Part shown: positions 38,628 through 51,078 of the stretch, piece by piece
How positions within the stretch are numbered: position 1 is the first letter of the stretch
Layout of the letters: every line of letters begins with the position of its first letter
DNA from: Paragordius varius
Taxonomy: Eukaryota; Animalia; Nematomorpha
Length of the DNA stretch: 64,000 bases
Direction: 5' to 3'
NCBI GenBank assembly: GCA_964247055.1
Contig: OZ176054.1
Location: forward strand, 10,726,001-10,790,000
Made by a program: the position numbers and the translations under genes
Notes under the pieces: generated by a model
Told to the model about the DNA's origin: nothing
Seen by the model: only the letters and a program-made list of their open reading frames with translations
Database searches by the model: none

Positions 38628-41600
38628 ATGTTTGTGCATAACATCCCATATTGGCCTCTGCTCTTATTGTTCAGCTACAGAGTAATATAAAAATGACTTA
38701 TATATCATGTATATTTGTATATTAAGAGCATAACCAGTTCCAACGAATTCGATCGGGTTCAGTATGACGGTTACACCAAACCTGAAAATTTCTTAAACAA
38801 TACTTTACCATCTACTACTAATCAATTTAATCATATAACATTATTTCTCATCACAAACATATCACATGCAGACCACATTTCACATTTTGAAAGAAATTTG
38901 GATATAGTAAATTAATTATTTTACCATTTTAATAATAAAAATTTTTTTTTCAGGCGCTTTAATTTATACCCTTACTTTTGGCAGTAGGTCATTTAATAAC
39001 ACAAGTTTTAAATAAGTAATGAACAATTTAACGATTAGATATTATCAAAAATTAAGGCCCTTATATATACCATTTGCACTTCAAGAGTGTCCTTCTTCAA
39101 GTTGGTCCTTGAACATTTCAAGTTGGTCTTCAGGTCCCTTATTAACGATTTTAAATGAGTAATGAACTTAGTTTAAATGATAAGTTAATCCTCTTTATTA
39201 TTTGTCTAAATTAATGCATTTATAAATAGCCGTTTCGATACAACTTAAATATATCTATATAGTTTAGATTATTATACTTCACATATCTCTATGCCAATAC
39301 AACGGTCATGGCCAAAAATTCAAACCTTAGCGATCAAACTAATACTGCAACACATAAGGATTTGAAATCAGAGTCCGTATTTTTCGCACCAATGCTTAAA
39401 CGAATACTGCAACACTCTTCCACGCCTAAATCATCATCGTTTGATGCCCCAAAAGATTCACCTATAGACCTGACTAAAAATGAAAAAATATGTCATGATA
39501 TAAATCACCAATTTATGGAAATGTTTCAATCAACACAACAACATCAAAAACGTATTCCGATCTATGCGAAAGATTATGCACTTGATCGCGCATTTGATGC
39601 TATTTTTGCGTTACCAATACAACAAAATTATGAATTTCAAGAGAATATCACTGCATCTACATCCATACCCACATTTTCTACGGGAAAAACTACCAAAATG
39701 AAAATGAATGATTTTAATTTTTTCCATTTATTCCTTGAAATTTTATATGCCCTTGAACAGGAACATGATGGTGATGATTATAACGCTACGTTTGCCGGAC
39801 ATAGGTCATGGTTAACACCAAAACAAGTGTGTGACAAACATGTCAAATGGTTCCGTAAATCGACACGTCTCACAAAAATGTACCATTGGGACGAATGGAA
39901 AAATCAACTTTTGCCCAACATTTTACACTATGGTCTATACAATCGCCTTAAAATGGTTAATGAAATGTTTTCTTCTCCATTTTCCTTACACATGCATTCT
40001 ATGGAACTAGATGGCAATTTTACTTTTGTTCGTGAATATTTGACACATAGATTACGACACTGGTTTCATACCACTAATAATGTTGAATCAATAGTTGCAA
40101 CAAAAACTTTTTGTAACCATTGGTATCAAACTTTGCTGGCTTTTGAAATATGTAACACCACCTACCCTCAAAAAACAAGACATACGCTCTCCCCTAATAC
40201 CACAGCTCAAAACACTTGGGGAAATTTTAGTGGCCATACGCAGAACGATGCTATATTTGAATCTGATCTCTATCTGAGTTTGGCTAGCCTTTACGATACG
40301 ATTGTTAAGTCATCGACTGCTCTTCAAACACCTAACTCTGATATTCAGTTCAAAATTTTAGATTCCAATTATGTGTTAAATAAGGGATGGTTGGATTATG
40401 GTTTTGGTATCAATGACCTGACAACTAAATTGGGATTAGTTTCCGATGACTTTAGCACTAAGAGGCCTATTGAAACGGCAGCCTTGATATACAATGCAAA
40501 GGTATATGCCTCTTTGCTAATTTGTGATATAATTAGTATCTACTATAAACAATTTATTTTTTAGCGTTAAATTGTTGAATCTTATCAACTATTCTATTTA
40601 GAATCATGCAAAATTTTACTTGGCACCCGAACATTTCAATGCAATAAACTTAAGTAATTCTTAATTTTTATTTTTTAATAAGGATTTGATAAATATTTAG
40701 TTTATTAGACTGTGTGGCAAAAACAGGGGTTAAAAAATAAACGATATAGTACATATCATGTTAGCTAATCTTCTCTAGATCATGAATACGAATAAATTAT
40801 GTGTAAAATATTTAAAAAAATTTTTTGTTTTTATATTTTGGGGTATTCAGAGAAAATTTAAAAAAAGCTAAAATATCTGACCAATATAAATAATTTTTAT
40901 ATGATATATGAATATAATATAATTATCTATCAGCCTTTCTGAAGTGAAAGGTTTTATTATCATATAGCTAGAAGTTAAATTAACCATATGGTTTATCACG
41001 AGTTTTAATAAACGAGGACAATATTAATATCATAGGGTTTTTTGAATAGAAAATTGTTATATATATATATATATATATATATATGGTATAAAATAATTTA
41101 TATCGGTCATTTATTTAACTTTTTTGGAATTTTCACTGAATATCCCAAAATATAAAAATTTTTATCCATAAAAATAATGATATTTAGAGAACATTTGCTA
41201 TCAAGTATAGCACATCGTTTATTATCGACTGCGACACACAGGCTTGATATTTATAATTTTCTATTAAATCATCTTTTACAACATCAAACCCTAATTATAT
41301 GTATATTATGTACATTAATTTGAATTTTTCATCCATTTTTATATGATATTTAGCTAAATTTCTCACCTCATTTACTGAGGGGACCCTATCTCGGGCACTT
41401 TTTTCATTTAGTCCACCCAATACACATTATACTGCATTATCTAATAAATTGCATAGCCCAGGATTTATACAACTCACACCTATTACCGAGTTAAATTCAA
41501 CCCATTTCGAGCCTTACATCAATAATCCTACCAAGGTTTTGGTTTTTTTTTCATATTCTTCCTTAAGAATTAGCATAATTATTTTATTTAATAGGATGTG

Positions 41601-42307
41601 TTTGTCATGTTTTATACGCATTTTTGTGGATTTTGTATCTCCATAGCAAATCTTTACACCCTACTTGCCATGGATTATGCAAAAACGTCGAGTGTTTCAT
41701 TTTCCCGGTAATAAAATTTTTTTTGTTTATTATATCATGATGTTATAAATCTATTTTTTATGCAATATTAGGATTAATTGTGCACGCAATGATTTACCCA
41801 TGAAGCATTTAGTCAAATATTATCCGACTTTGACCTATTACCCGGCTTATAAGTAAAAAAATAATTTTTAATTTTATTTGATCCAAAATTTATATCATTT
41901 TCCAATATGAGAATTCACATATTAAAAAATTATATGCATTTTTACAACATGTTTCCATTTGCATTGTATTTTACAGTAAAAACCAAAGCATACAATTCAG
42001 TTATGACAGGAGCTGGACCATGAGAGAACTTAGAAATTTTGTGGCAACCTGTTTGTCCCGAAATAGAAAACTTATTGTTCAATCTTTGCTGTTACACAAT
42101 ATAACTACCCAACATTGGCGGTATGATGGTCAATCGTCCTTATCTACCTATCTTACTCACTTTTCCCAAAATTATGTGTGGAAACATCCTGAAAAACTTG
42201 TTCTAAATATTAATATTCATAACCAAAATGTTTTACGGCAAAAACGTCGCACACTAATAGCTCAAATTAAAATTATTGGCATGATGTATTACCAAGCCCA
42301 ATTATGA
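38628..42307 (+). CDS. Thioredoxin-domain (PDI family, TXNDC11/EFP1-like) protein with CGFC active site
   Basis: Exons: 38628-38681 (signal-peptide-like, tentative), 38727-38906 (tentative), about 39263-40501, 40602-40653, 41462-41535, 41595-41707, 41772-41852, 41977-42307. The 3' exons splice in frame to ELNSTHFEPYINNPTKDVFVMFYTHFCGFC...RINCARNDLPMKHLVKYYPTLTYYPAYNKNQSIQF, resembling the C-terminal Trx domain of TXNDC11 (WCGFC, NDLPW, PT..FFP). The 5' structure is less certain. Confidence 0.75.
39070..39134. repeat. Solo left terminus of the 21-bp-repeat MITE family
   Basis: TATATA-CCATTTGCACTTCAAGAGTGTCC followed by TTCAAGTTGGTCCTTGAACAT, the same as the element starting at 55343. Confidence 0.8.
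40828..41158. repeat. Inverted repeat (about 70-bp arms) in an intron of the thioredoxin gene
   Basis: TTTTATATTTTGGGGTATTCAG...GACCAATATAAATAATTTT (40828-40897) versus its reverse complement at about 41090-41158. A (TA)n run lies just inside the right arm. Confidence 0.7.
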
Positions 42308-44633
42308 AACTGTAGAATTCGAATGCAAAACTCTTTGCAGAACCCAGATTGGTTTTAAATAATGCAACAATTAATGTGATTTTCTTTGATTAGTAAGCAC
42401 TGTTTGTAGTTTTTTATTGGGCAATTATAGGCGTCTGCATTCCGGTGTGATAATAATTTCTTTAAAAAATTTATAGTATAATTTATCGAATCTACTGTGA
42501 ATATAAAATATATATTTTGATTTTATATATAAATAATAAAAAATATTAAATGAGAAATAAATCAGGGGGTATATTAGTGTTCATATTCATCTTGTTTGTA
42601 TACTATATTATATATTATTTATGCAAATTAATAGGATGGTGTATTTTACTGCTGGAATATACCTGTTATTTTATGTTTAATTATATCTTAATTTGTTCTC
42701 AGTACAAATTTAAAAAATACATTAGTGGTTAACTAACGTTGCCAGTGTTCAAAAACTATATCACTAAAGCTATAATTATCTCCCTAATTATTCACTAACT
42801 CGGATTTCCTAAGAAAATCACTTTTATATTACAATATAAATTTTGAATATATGATGATCCGTCAACGCTGTTTTTTTGTTGAGGTAGGATTTGATTTTGG
42901 ATTTCCATTAAGCTCTAAATTTAGTATCTTCAAATTTTATGTCCAAGAGGTTCTACGTGCCGCATCTTCAAGTTTTATGTCCAGCAAGGTTAGATCTTCT
43001 GAATCAGGTTTTAAAGGGACTTCCTGGTCTCCAGCTTGGAGTGGAAAGATTAAATTATTTGTAAGTCATAATTAGGTAGCCTTAGGAAAGTATGATTTAT
43101 TCATTTAGGCCGTTTGGCTCATGTGGGAATGACGGTCAATTATAAAGATTTTGTTTGGGTTAAATTTATTTTGAAAGCTGTAGAGTTTACCGTTTGCTTG
43201 TTTAATTCAATTAGGTTTAGTGTTGAATTTTAATATTTTGGTGCATTTCTCACTAAACTAGAAGTGTCCAACATGCGGCCCTCAACAACCCTTTATAAAA
43301 AAATGAAAAATATTTTTATAATCGATCTTCGCGGTTTAAGCTACAACCTCACCAGACCGCGTCGTTGTGATCAAAAATATACCGTTTTTACCATTTTTCA
43401 AAATACGATTAAGCAAAATTATTAAAAGAAAACTAGCGTAAATCTCCTTTTATAAAGCCTATAATTACATTAATACAACTAGACAACAAATTTTGTCTTT
43501 TTTAATTGCCATTCTAGTAAATTTAAAATTTATATAATTAAAGTATATAAATAGAATATCTGAAAAAATTGGTCTACCACCTAAGAATTTTATTTTATTA
43601 GAGTTTCAAAAATTTTTGGCCCCGATTTAACATTTAGCTCAAATTTTCAGAATTTAAAGTTTATGGAGCCATGTGTTTTATATGATTTGTTAGAGCGCGA
43701 AAACGTATTTTTCAAATGGTAGTAAACCATTTAAATCAATATGATGTAAAAGTTGGGTTGGTACGCTTAAAATTTCAAACACTTAACTAATGAAAATTCA
43801 CGTAACTAATTTAAAAATCCTATGAATTAATATAATTTTAGAGTTACACTAGTATAAAATTTTAAAGCTGTTAGTTTGCCTTTGTAATAAAAATTATTAT
43901 TAAGATTATTTTATTTATTCGATAATAATATGCATAGTTATAGCTGTAAATTGATTACATAGGGTTGAAATTATCAAAAATACCTTAAACCTTGTTTTTA
44001 GTCCTTTAGATTTTGATAATTATAAGCCAAAAGATAAAAAATAATATGATGATTTTTGAAAAAAACTAAAAAATGGCTGTTTTGAATGGCATAAAAGAAA
44101 TCAAAAATGTTTCAATAAAACTTTGTGTTATCTTTTTTGGGCGTTCATCGCCATTTGAGCCATTTTAGCATTAGTTTTAAAAATATAATAATTAGGAAAA
44201 ACCTCTCGCTTCGCGTGATCGTAATACTGTGCATTTTAGTTTTCATTACTCTTTCGAATGATGTATTACAGATCGGCATCTCGCATATTTTCATAGAAAA
44301 ACATTTTTTAAAATTTTGATAAAGAGGCCGCACAATCAAAAAAATCAAATTATACGAAATTCATATGTGTAATTATAATGTTTATTACAGATTTACTGTT
44401 ATCGGATAATAAATTTTCGAGTGGCAGAAATATTTGTTGTCCACTGTAATTTTTGATGTACAATCAAAAATAAAAATTGGTTTCATAATATTCACCTTCC
44501 TCACGTTATTTAAAGAGAGAAAACTCATATGGGGCGGCTTATAAAGTTTGTCGCTTTCACATCAAAAATTTATAAATAATATTAAACCAAAAAAATTATT
44601 TATATATTGTTCGCTAATTTGCAAATCTTTGAT

Positions 44634-44651
44634 GGGGGGGGGGGGGGGGGG
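44634..44651 (+). other. G18 homopolymer (potential G-quadruplex)
   Basis: 18 consecutive G in a very AT-rich background. Confidence 0.9.
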
Positions 44652-45302
44652 CAGTTACAACAAAAGTGGAAATACTTAAATGATTAGTGGGCGAAACCAA
44701 ACACCATAAAATCCTGACATATTTTTGTATTAAAATACACAATATGAAAATTATACATTGCTCGTTTTTTATTAAATATTGCCAGAAAACATGTACACCG
44801 AAGATAATTATCATTGGCTAATACCAGTAAAAAGCGAAAAAATTACTTTAGGCTAATTATAATGCCTTTATAAGCTTTGGCAATAATTACTGAACTAGCA
44901 ATGTACTTATGCTGTATGTATCATGTATATTTTTTGGCTGCTGATATATTAATTTTATATAGGATATCGAAGTGTTATCATATTTGTGGATATTAGCTAA
45001 TTTACTTAGATGTGGCGTTAAGGTTATAATTATTTTATAACTTCTATTATAAAATTTAATAAAAGTAATTGAATACGTGTCAAATATTAAAGATAGATAT
45101 TTTAATTTTATTTTTTTATTCAGATTATTTAAAAAACCTTCTCACTTTTTTCATTAAAAAGGTTAATAATATAAATTCAAAAAGTTGCTTGATAGAAGGT
45201 TTAACATGAACTGTTTACTGTCAGCATTTTAATGAGTTCAGTTACTCTTACAACATTATAAATATTTTATTATTTTAACAAAATTTTTATTTTGAGCAAT
45301 AA

Positions 45303-45904
45303 ATGTTATTAGAGGTTATTATTGTATTACTCTGTGCTTGTCGCAATTTAATTGACGGTAATCAAATATAAATTTAATGTTTTAGGGCAAACAATCCAAG
45401 TCCATCAGAACGGTAAGTAATATTCCAATAAAATATTTTATTATGCAGTATTAAATATTTTATTGCACACTCAAAATAACTATTCTTTTATTTCGTTAAT
45501 ATAGTGTCCAATGTAATTACTTTTTTTAATTATAATTAGATCAATACGCATTAGGCCATTTTGGAAATGAATCCCATGGTATAACTGGTATTTTGAAAGC
45601 GTTAAACAAACATACATTGATGGTAACCCAATTCTCTTATGATGGGTTAGCTCCACAGGCATATTTCGTTGTGGGAAATAATGATACAGATTTTGCAAAT
45701 GGTTTGAAAATAGATGATAGAGATCGTGCATATGCCACCAATAAAACTTTTAATGGGGACGCAACATTCTACTTTGATTTACCAGAGAGTGCAACGTTAC
45801 CAAATATCCATTGGTTTATAGTTTGGTGTGCTGATGTTTCAAGAAGTTTGTCAACCATATACCTACCTAATATCCCATCATTTTACGAATCTATCCCTGC
45901 TTAG
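45303..45904 (+). CDS. Small secreted single-DM13-domain protein (148 aa)
   Basis: Exons 45303-45357 (signal peptide MLLEVIIVLLCAC), 45386-45412 and 45540-45904, with consistent phases. HGITGILKALNKHTLMVTQFSYDGLAPQAYFVVG...FDLP...WFIVWC matches the DM13 pattern seen in Skeletor/Knickkopf-type proteins. Confidence 0.85.
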
Positions 45905-46651
45905 GGGGTGGAATTCATTAACACACCAAATATTTTTTTATTTCATTTTGGGCAACTGTGAAATTATATTACAATATAACTAGTGGAGGATAATTATATT
46001 AATTGTGATTATTAAAAATATTTTATAAATATATAGAATTGACACATTTTTCGGGTATCTAAAAAATCCAGCTATTTTATTTATATATGAATTTGTCGAA
46101 GATATTCGTATTACTTTTAGGGAATGTGTGTTGTTCCCCTGTTAAAATAGGTTATTTGACAAAAAATAAGGCTTCAATATTTTAAACCATAATTGGAAGT
46201 TTTTATGGATGCTAATTTATTTTATAGAAGTAGCTTAAGATTATAACTGGGGGCACTTTTGAGCAAACCCACTTAAGTTGCTCTTATAGGAAAAATAGAG
46301 TTTATTGAGCAATGTTTCATAAAGTGTCCTTGGCCTCAAACAATCCCTTATCAATACTAGTTTGGAGGCATTTTTGACCCTTGATATAACCTAACACCGT
46401 GTTGATTCACGTTACAAATGTACCCCAAAATTAAAAATCTCATCAATTCCATGACATTCTCCTGCTTCAAAAACAGATATTATAAATGCATTTTATCATT
46501 AAAAACTCTTCTCTTTATATCAATATATTTATAATCGCGTTGGTTTTAACGCAGAATCGCATTCAGATATAATGCATCATGAATGTTAGTCGATTATCGC
46601 TAAACTCCATTTTAGACCAAAATGCAATAATATTTGCATATGGCACTTTTA

Positions 46652-47222
46652 TTAAATTTTCGATTCAAAATAGGGTATCTAAATACCCAGATTAAATTTG
46701 AGTTTGGATTTTTAAAAAACTACTGAAGGAAACGGTCTCAATTTAAATTTATGCTTCTATCCTAATAACAATTATAGAACTATGCCAAAATATCTAAATG
46801 AAATTTTGTTTAGAAAAAAAGTTCCATGTCAAACTACTTCGACGCCATTTTTATTTTGCAAAATATTTGCAAAATATCGTCTTCATTTAATTAGGGTAAA
46901 ATTCTAATTTTTATTAAAATTACATCTAACATTGATAGAAATAGAGAAAGAGGTTTATTTTGTATTATTTATAAATTTTTTTCATACATGTCACATTGAC
47001 GAAATTTTTACCTTTCGGTTTTAAATTAATAAGTAATATTAAGTATTTTTAAATAAAATTTTTTATATATTTCGGTTTATTATTATTATATAAATGCAAG
47101 ATTTTGCCATGGTTTCAATTCCTTCTATATTTTTTAAGGATTTAATTTTAAACAGGCCTGAGGTATTCAACTACCCCAATTTGAATCAAAGGACAAATGA
47201 ACGTGTTGTATCCAAGTGTTAA
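46652..47222 (-). mobile_element. TTAA-flanked MITE, copy 3 (reverse orientation)
   Basis: Reverse complement of 9641-10230, ending in ATCCAAGTG-TTAA at 47222. Confidence 0.8.
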
Positions 47223-47299
47223 AGCAATCCTACCAGGAAGTTATTTAGTACAATTTACATAATTAAAATAATTTAGCATAATACACATATTCTTTGCAT

Positions 47300-48825
47300 T
47301 TTGGTGTTGTTAAGTGCTAAGGTCGATTCCGACTAACTGCAACATTGAAAATATAACTTCTCCATTCACTGCGAATACCGGATCTGGTGTTTAGTTTGGT
47401 CTTTTAGGATGTTATCCATCCAACGAGTTCGTCTTCTCCCTCTTTTACGAGCCCCACTCACTTTTCCCAGCATCAGTAAATTTTCAAGCGATTTGGCTCT
47501 CATAATCTGCACGAAAAAGGAGAGTTTTTGCCGTATTAAGCTGCCTAGAAGTGACATTTCTGGGTTAATTTTATTTAAAATAGTGGTGTTTGAAATTTTG
47601 TCTGTCCATTTTATTTGGAGAAGTTTCCTCCAAACCCATAATTCGAAAGATTTTATTTGACGTTCGTCATATTTTTTCAGTGTCCAGCTTTCCCTCCCAT
47701 ACATGAATGTGGGAAAAACTGTAGCCTTGATTAATCTGATTTTGGTTTTTAGTTTAATGTGATGTGACGTCCAAATCTTGTTATATTTGAATGTGACCGC
47801 TTTTGCGATGGCAATTCTTCGTTTTATTTCTGGCGTAGAGTTGTTCTCATTGTTAATAATGCTACCTAAGTACGTGTAACTGTTTACTGTTTCAATCTGA
47901 TTGCCGTTGAGGATTATTGAATTAGTTTGAGCCGGGTTGATTTGCATAACTTTTGTTTTCTAAAATTGATATTTAATCCAAATTTATTGTATTCAGTTGT
48001 AAACACTTGCAAGGCTTGCGATAATGTGTCTACACTGTCTGCGAATAAGACTGTATCATCCGCGTAGTGAACGGATGTAAGTAGGTTTCCACCTACATTA
48101 ATGCCATAAGTTTCTGGGATGTTGCTTATTATGCATTCGAGGTATGCGTTAAAAAGAATTGGGGATAAAACGCATCCTTGGCGTAGGCCGACTTGTACCT
48201 TACATGAATCAGATATACCGTGAGGTGTAGATACAGCCGTGGAATTTAAGTAAATTGAAAATATGACGTTGATTAGATGTGTTGATCCTCCAAGTTGTTT
48301 TAGAGCTTTTCGTAATTTATTGTGTTGGATGGAATCAAATGCTTTGGAAAAATCGACAAAGCACATATGCAGTTCTTTGTTGAATTCAATGTGTTTCTCT
48401 ATTATCCACCTCATATTACATATCATATCTCGGCATCCTCTACCTTTTAAACCAGCCTGAATCGTGGATATCTCGCGGTCAAGAATGATATTTAGTCGAA
48501 ACTGTATTATTTTAGGAAAACTTTGGACCCTGGTTTATGAGCGCTATGGTGCGATAGTTGTCGCACAGTTCTGGATTACCCTTTATTAAAATAGGAATCA
48601 TAATGGATGTGCACCAATCCTCTGGAACTTTTTCCATCTCAAATATGGCTTGAAATAATTTGGTAAGTATATCGATTGGGATTATTTTATTTTTTCAGTA
48701 GATGTTGTGCCCCTCTGATTTGCCGGTACTAGAGTGTTTTATCGCGAGTTTCACTTCTTTCATAATAGGTGGTTCTTTTTGTTGAGTAATATCGTTAATA
48801 GTCTGGGGGTTATTTACGTTGTAAT
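47300..48825 (-). mobile_element. 5'-truncated, frameshifted RTE-clade non-LTR retrotransposon
   Basis: RT motifs FVDFSKAFDSI, GLRQGCVLSPILFN, YADD and YTYLGS, plus the RTE C-terminal ESWTL...GRRRTRWMD. The 3' tail AGTCGGAATCGACCTTAGCACTTAACAACA is RTE/BovB-like. Confidence 0.92.
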
Positions 48826-49739
48826 GTGTTTATGCCAGAGTTTGCGAATTTCGTATATATCCTTATATTCGGATTGATTAATATATCAGGATTCTTATGG
48901 TGCTGGGGTTTAGCAGTGATAAAATTTACACCACTTTTGTGGCAGCTGCTTTCTATAAATTTGCCTATACTACGAATTGAATTTTATGGTAAAAAATTAT
49001 TTATTCCAAAAATTATCATTAATATTTATTTAAAACGAACAATATTTTTATAAAGTTTTAGATGTGGGTTACCAAAGTCCAAAATCTTTCTCATCCTCTA
49101 AGTTTTTATATAAACGCAAAAAGCCAATATTTGACGAGAAAAATCTTTTTATAGTAAATTTCAAAAATTTATTTTAATAAAATGCTTACTTTTTTCAAAA
49201 ATTCAATTTTTTGCAAAATTTTGATGAGCCGTTGATCATGGTAAAAACGGTGTAAAAACTCGTTCCATCCATTTTTTCTATGTAATTCGAGGATGGAAAC
49301 ATTTCCCACCTTAGAATTTTAATTAATGCTTCTTTTAAATTAGGGCATATATTCGTAAAAAAAACATAGCTAATATTTTAGATAGACACAAATTATTGAT
49401 CAATAAGGTTATAAAAAATATAATCATCGCATTAAATGTAAAAATATTTTGTAATACTTTAAAGCGGTTTATACCGTTTGCATCATGCTTAATAGCTTGA
49501 ACAATTGCATTCTTTAAGAATGGTATGTATATCATAATCTAGCATTTATATTAAAATTTTTATCTAAAAAGATCGGCGTTTTTGCGTGATTTATGAGAAC
49601 TAGCCCATCTAGAAGGAAATCAAAATTTGAGACTTCCCAGATCTAAAAATGAAAATTTTGTAAAAATTGTTTTGCTTTTTAAATGTATATGACATATTTT
49701 TTATTTTTGAAAGTTGCATTTAGTTTGCGGAGATTTGAT

Positions 49740-50298
49740 TTAACACTTGGATGCAACACATTCATTTTTGTCCTTCAATTCCAATGGGGGTAATTGGATA
49801 CCCCAGGCCTGTTTAAAATTAAAATCTTTAAATATGGAAGGAATCAAAATCATGGCAAAATTTTGAACTTATATAACATTAATAAACCGAAATATATAAA
49901 ATTATATTTAAAAATACTTATTACTTATTTTAATTTAAAACCTAAAGGTAAAAATTTCGTCAATGTGACATGTGTGAAATGGTAAAATATATAAATAATA
50001 CAAAATAAACCTCTTTCACTATTTCTATAACTGTTAGATATAATTTAAACATAAAATTAGCTTTAATTTTTCCCTTATAATTAAATTACGATATTTTACA
50101 AAATTTTGTAAAATAAAAATGGCGTCGAAGTAGATGGAACTTTTTTTAAAAAAAAATTATTTAGATATTTTGGCATATTTATATGATTTTTATTAAGATA
50201 TCATAAATTTAAATTACAGTTTCCTTCGGTAGTTTTTTAAAAAATTTATTTTAAATTTAGTCTAGGGTATTTAGATGCCCCTATTTGTTCGAAGTGTT
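49740..50298 (+). mobile_element. TTAA-flanked MITE, copy 4
   Basis: TTAA-CACTTGGAT ... TTCGAAGTG-TTAG, colinear with copy 1. Confidence 0.85.
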
Positions 50299-50969
50299 AG
50301 CAAAATATGCTCGTCACGCCATTTTATGATATGAACTACCCCAGAAATATAAAGAACATCTCACTCTTTAGGGTCCCCATGATTGCTCCTATTACATTTT
50401 CCTTTCAAAAAATACATATTTCATCAATATATGTATATTCTATACTTTAATGATAAAAATCGGAATAAATCATTTCCCTACTACCAAATTTTTTGGTATA
50501 ATCTCCGTTAATGCTTATGTACCATATAATATATATTTATATATATATCAATGATTATACCGCTAAAAATGAATTATTCCAACTAATTTAACATTATTAT
50601 TGGAAAAAATGGAATTATTTATACATTTAGCCAATGCAGCCATGTCATATTCTATTTGCCTTTCCTTTCGTCCATAAAACGGTTTATTTTGAATATTTTT
50701 CTGCACAATGTTATATCGGTAATATTAAAATGGAACCCATATGACAGGATTTTTATTTAAGTATTTGTGAATATTTTGAAAAACTTTTTAGTGGTTAAAC
50801 CAGATATATTTAAGAAAAAATCTAAAGGTTAAAATTATATTGCCAAAAGGTTTTGTAATCTTAAGCTGCTTTTTTATCCATAATTAATTATAGAAGTAAA
50901 TCAAATTGGGTGTGCCTTTTTTTATTAGTTATTGTAATTTCTATACAAAACTAGCGAGTGGTTGCCAGT

Positions 50970-50995
50970 TACCCCAATTTAAATCGGAGTGTTAA
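50970..50995 (+). repeat. Solo terminus resembling the TTAA MITE, upstream of VPS52
   Basis: TACCCCAATTTAAATCGGAGTGTTAA versus the MITE end TACCCCAATTTGAATCGAAGTGTTAA. Confidence 0.55.
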
Positions 50996-51078
50996 AAAAT
51001 AACATGCAAAAACCCTACTTTTAACTTTTTCATATGTTATTTATAAGCATGAGAACACATTTTTGATTTTTCGCTATC

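Noticed and set aside
39308-40564. Intronless orphan or endogenous viral gene with a TATA box at about 39220
   Set aside because: It has usable splice sites that join it in frame to downstream thioredoxin exons, and no viral motif was recognised.
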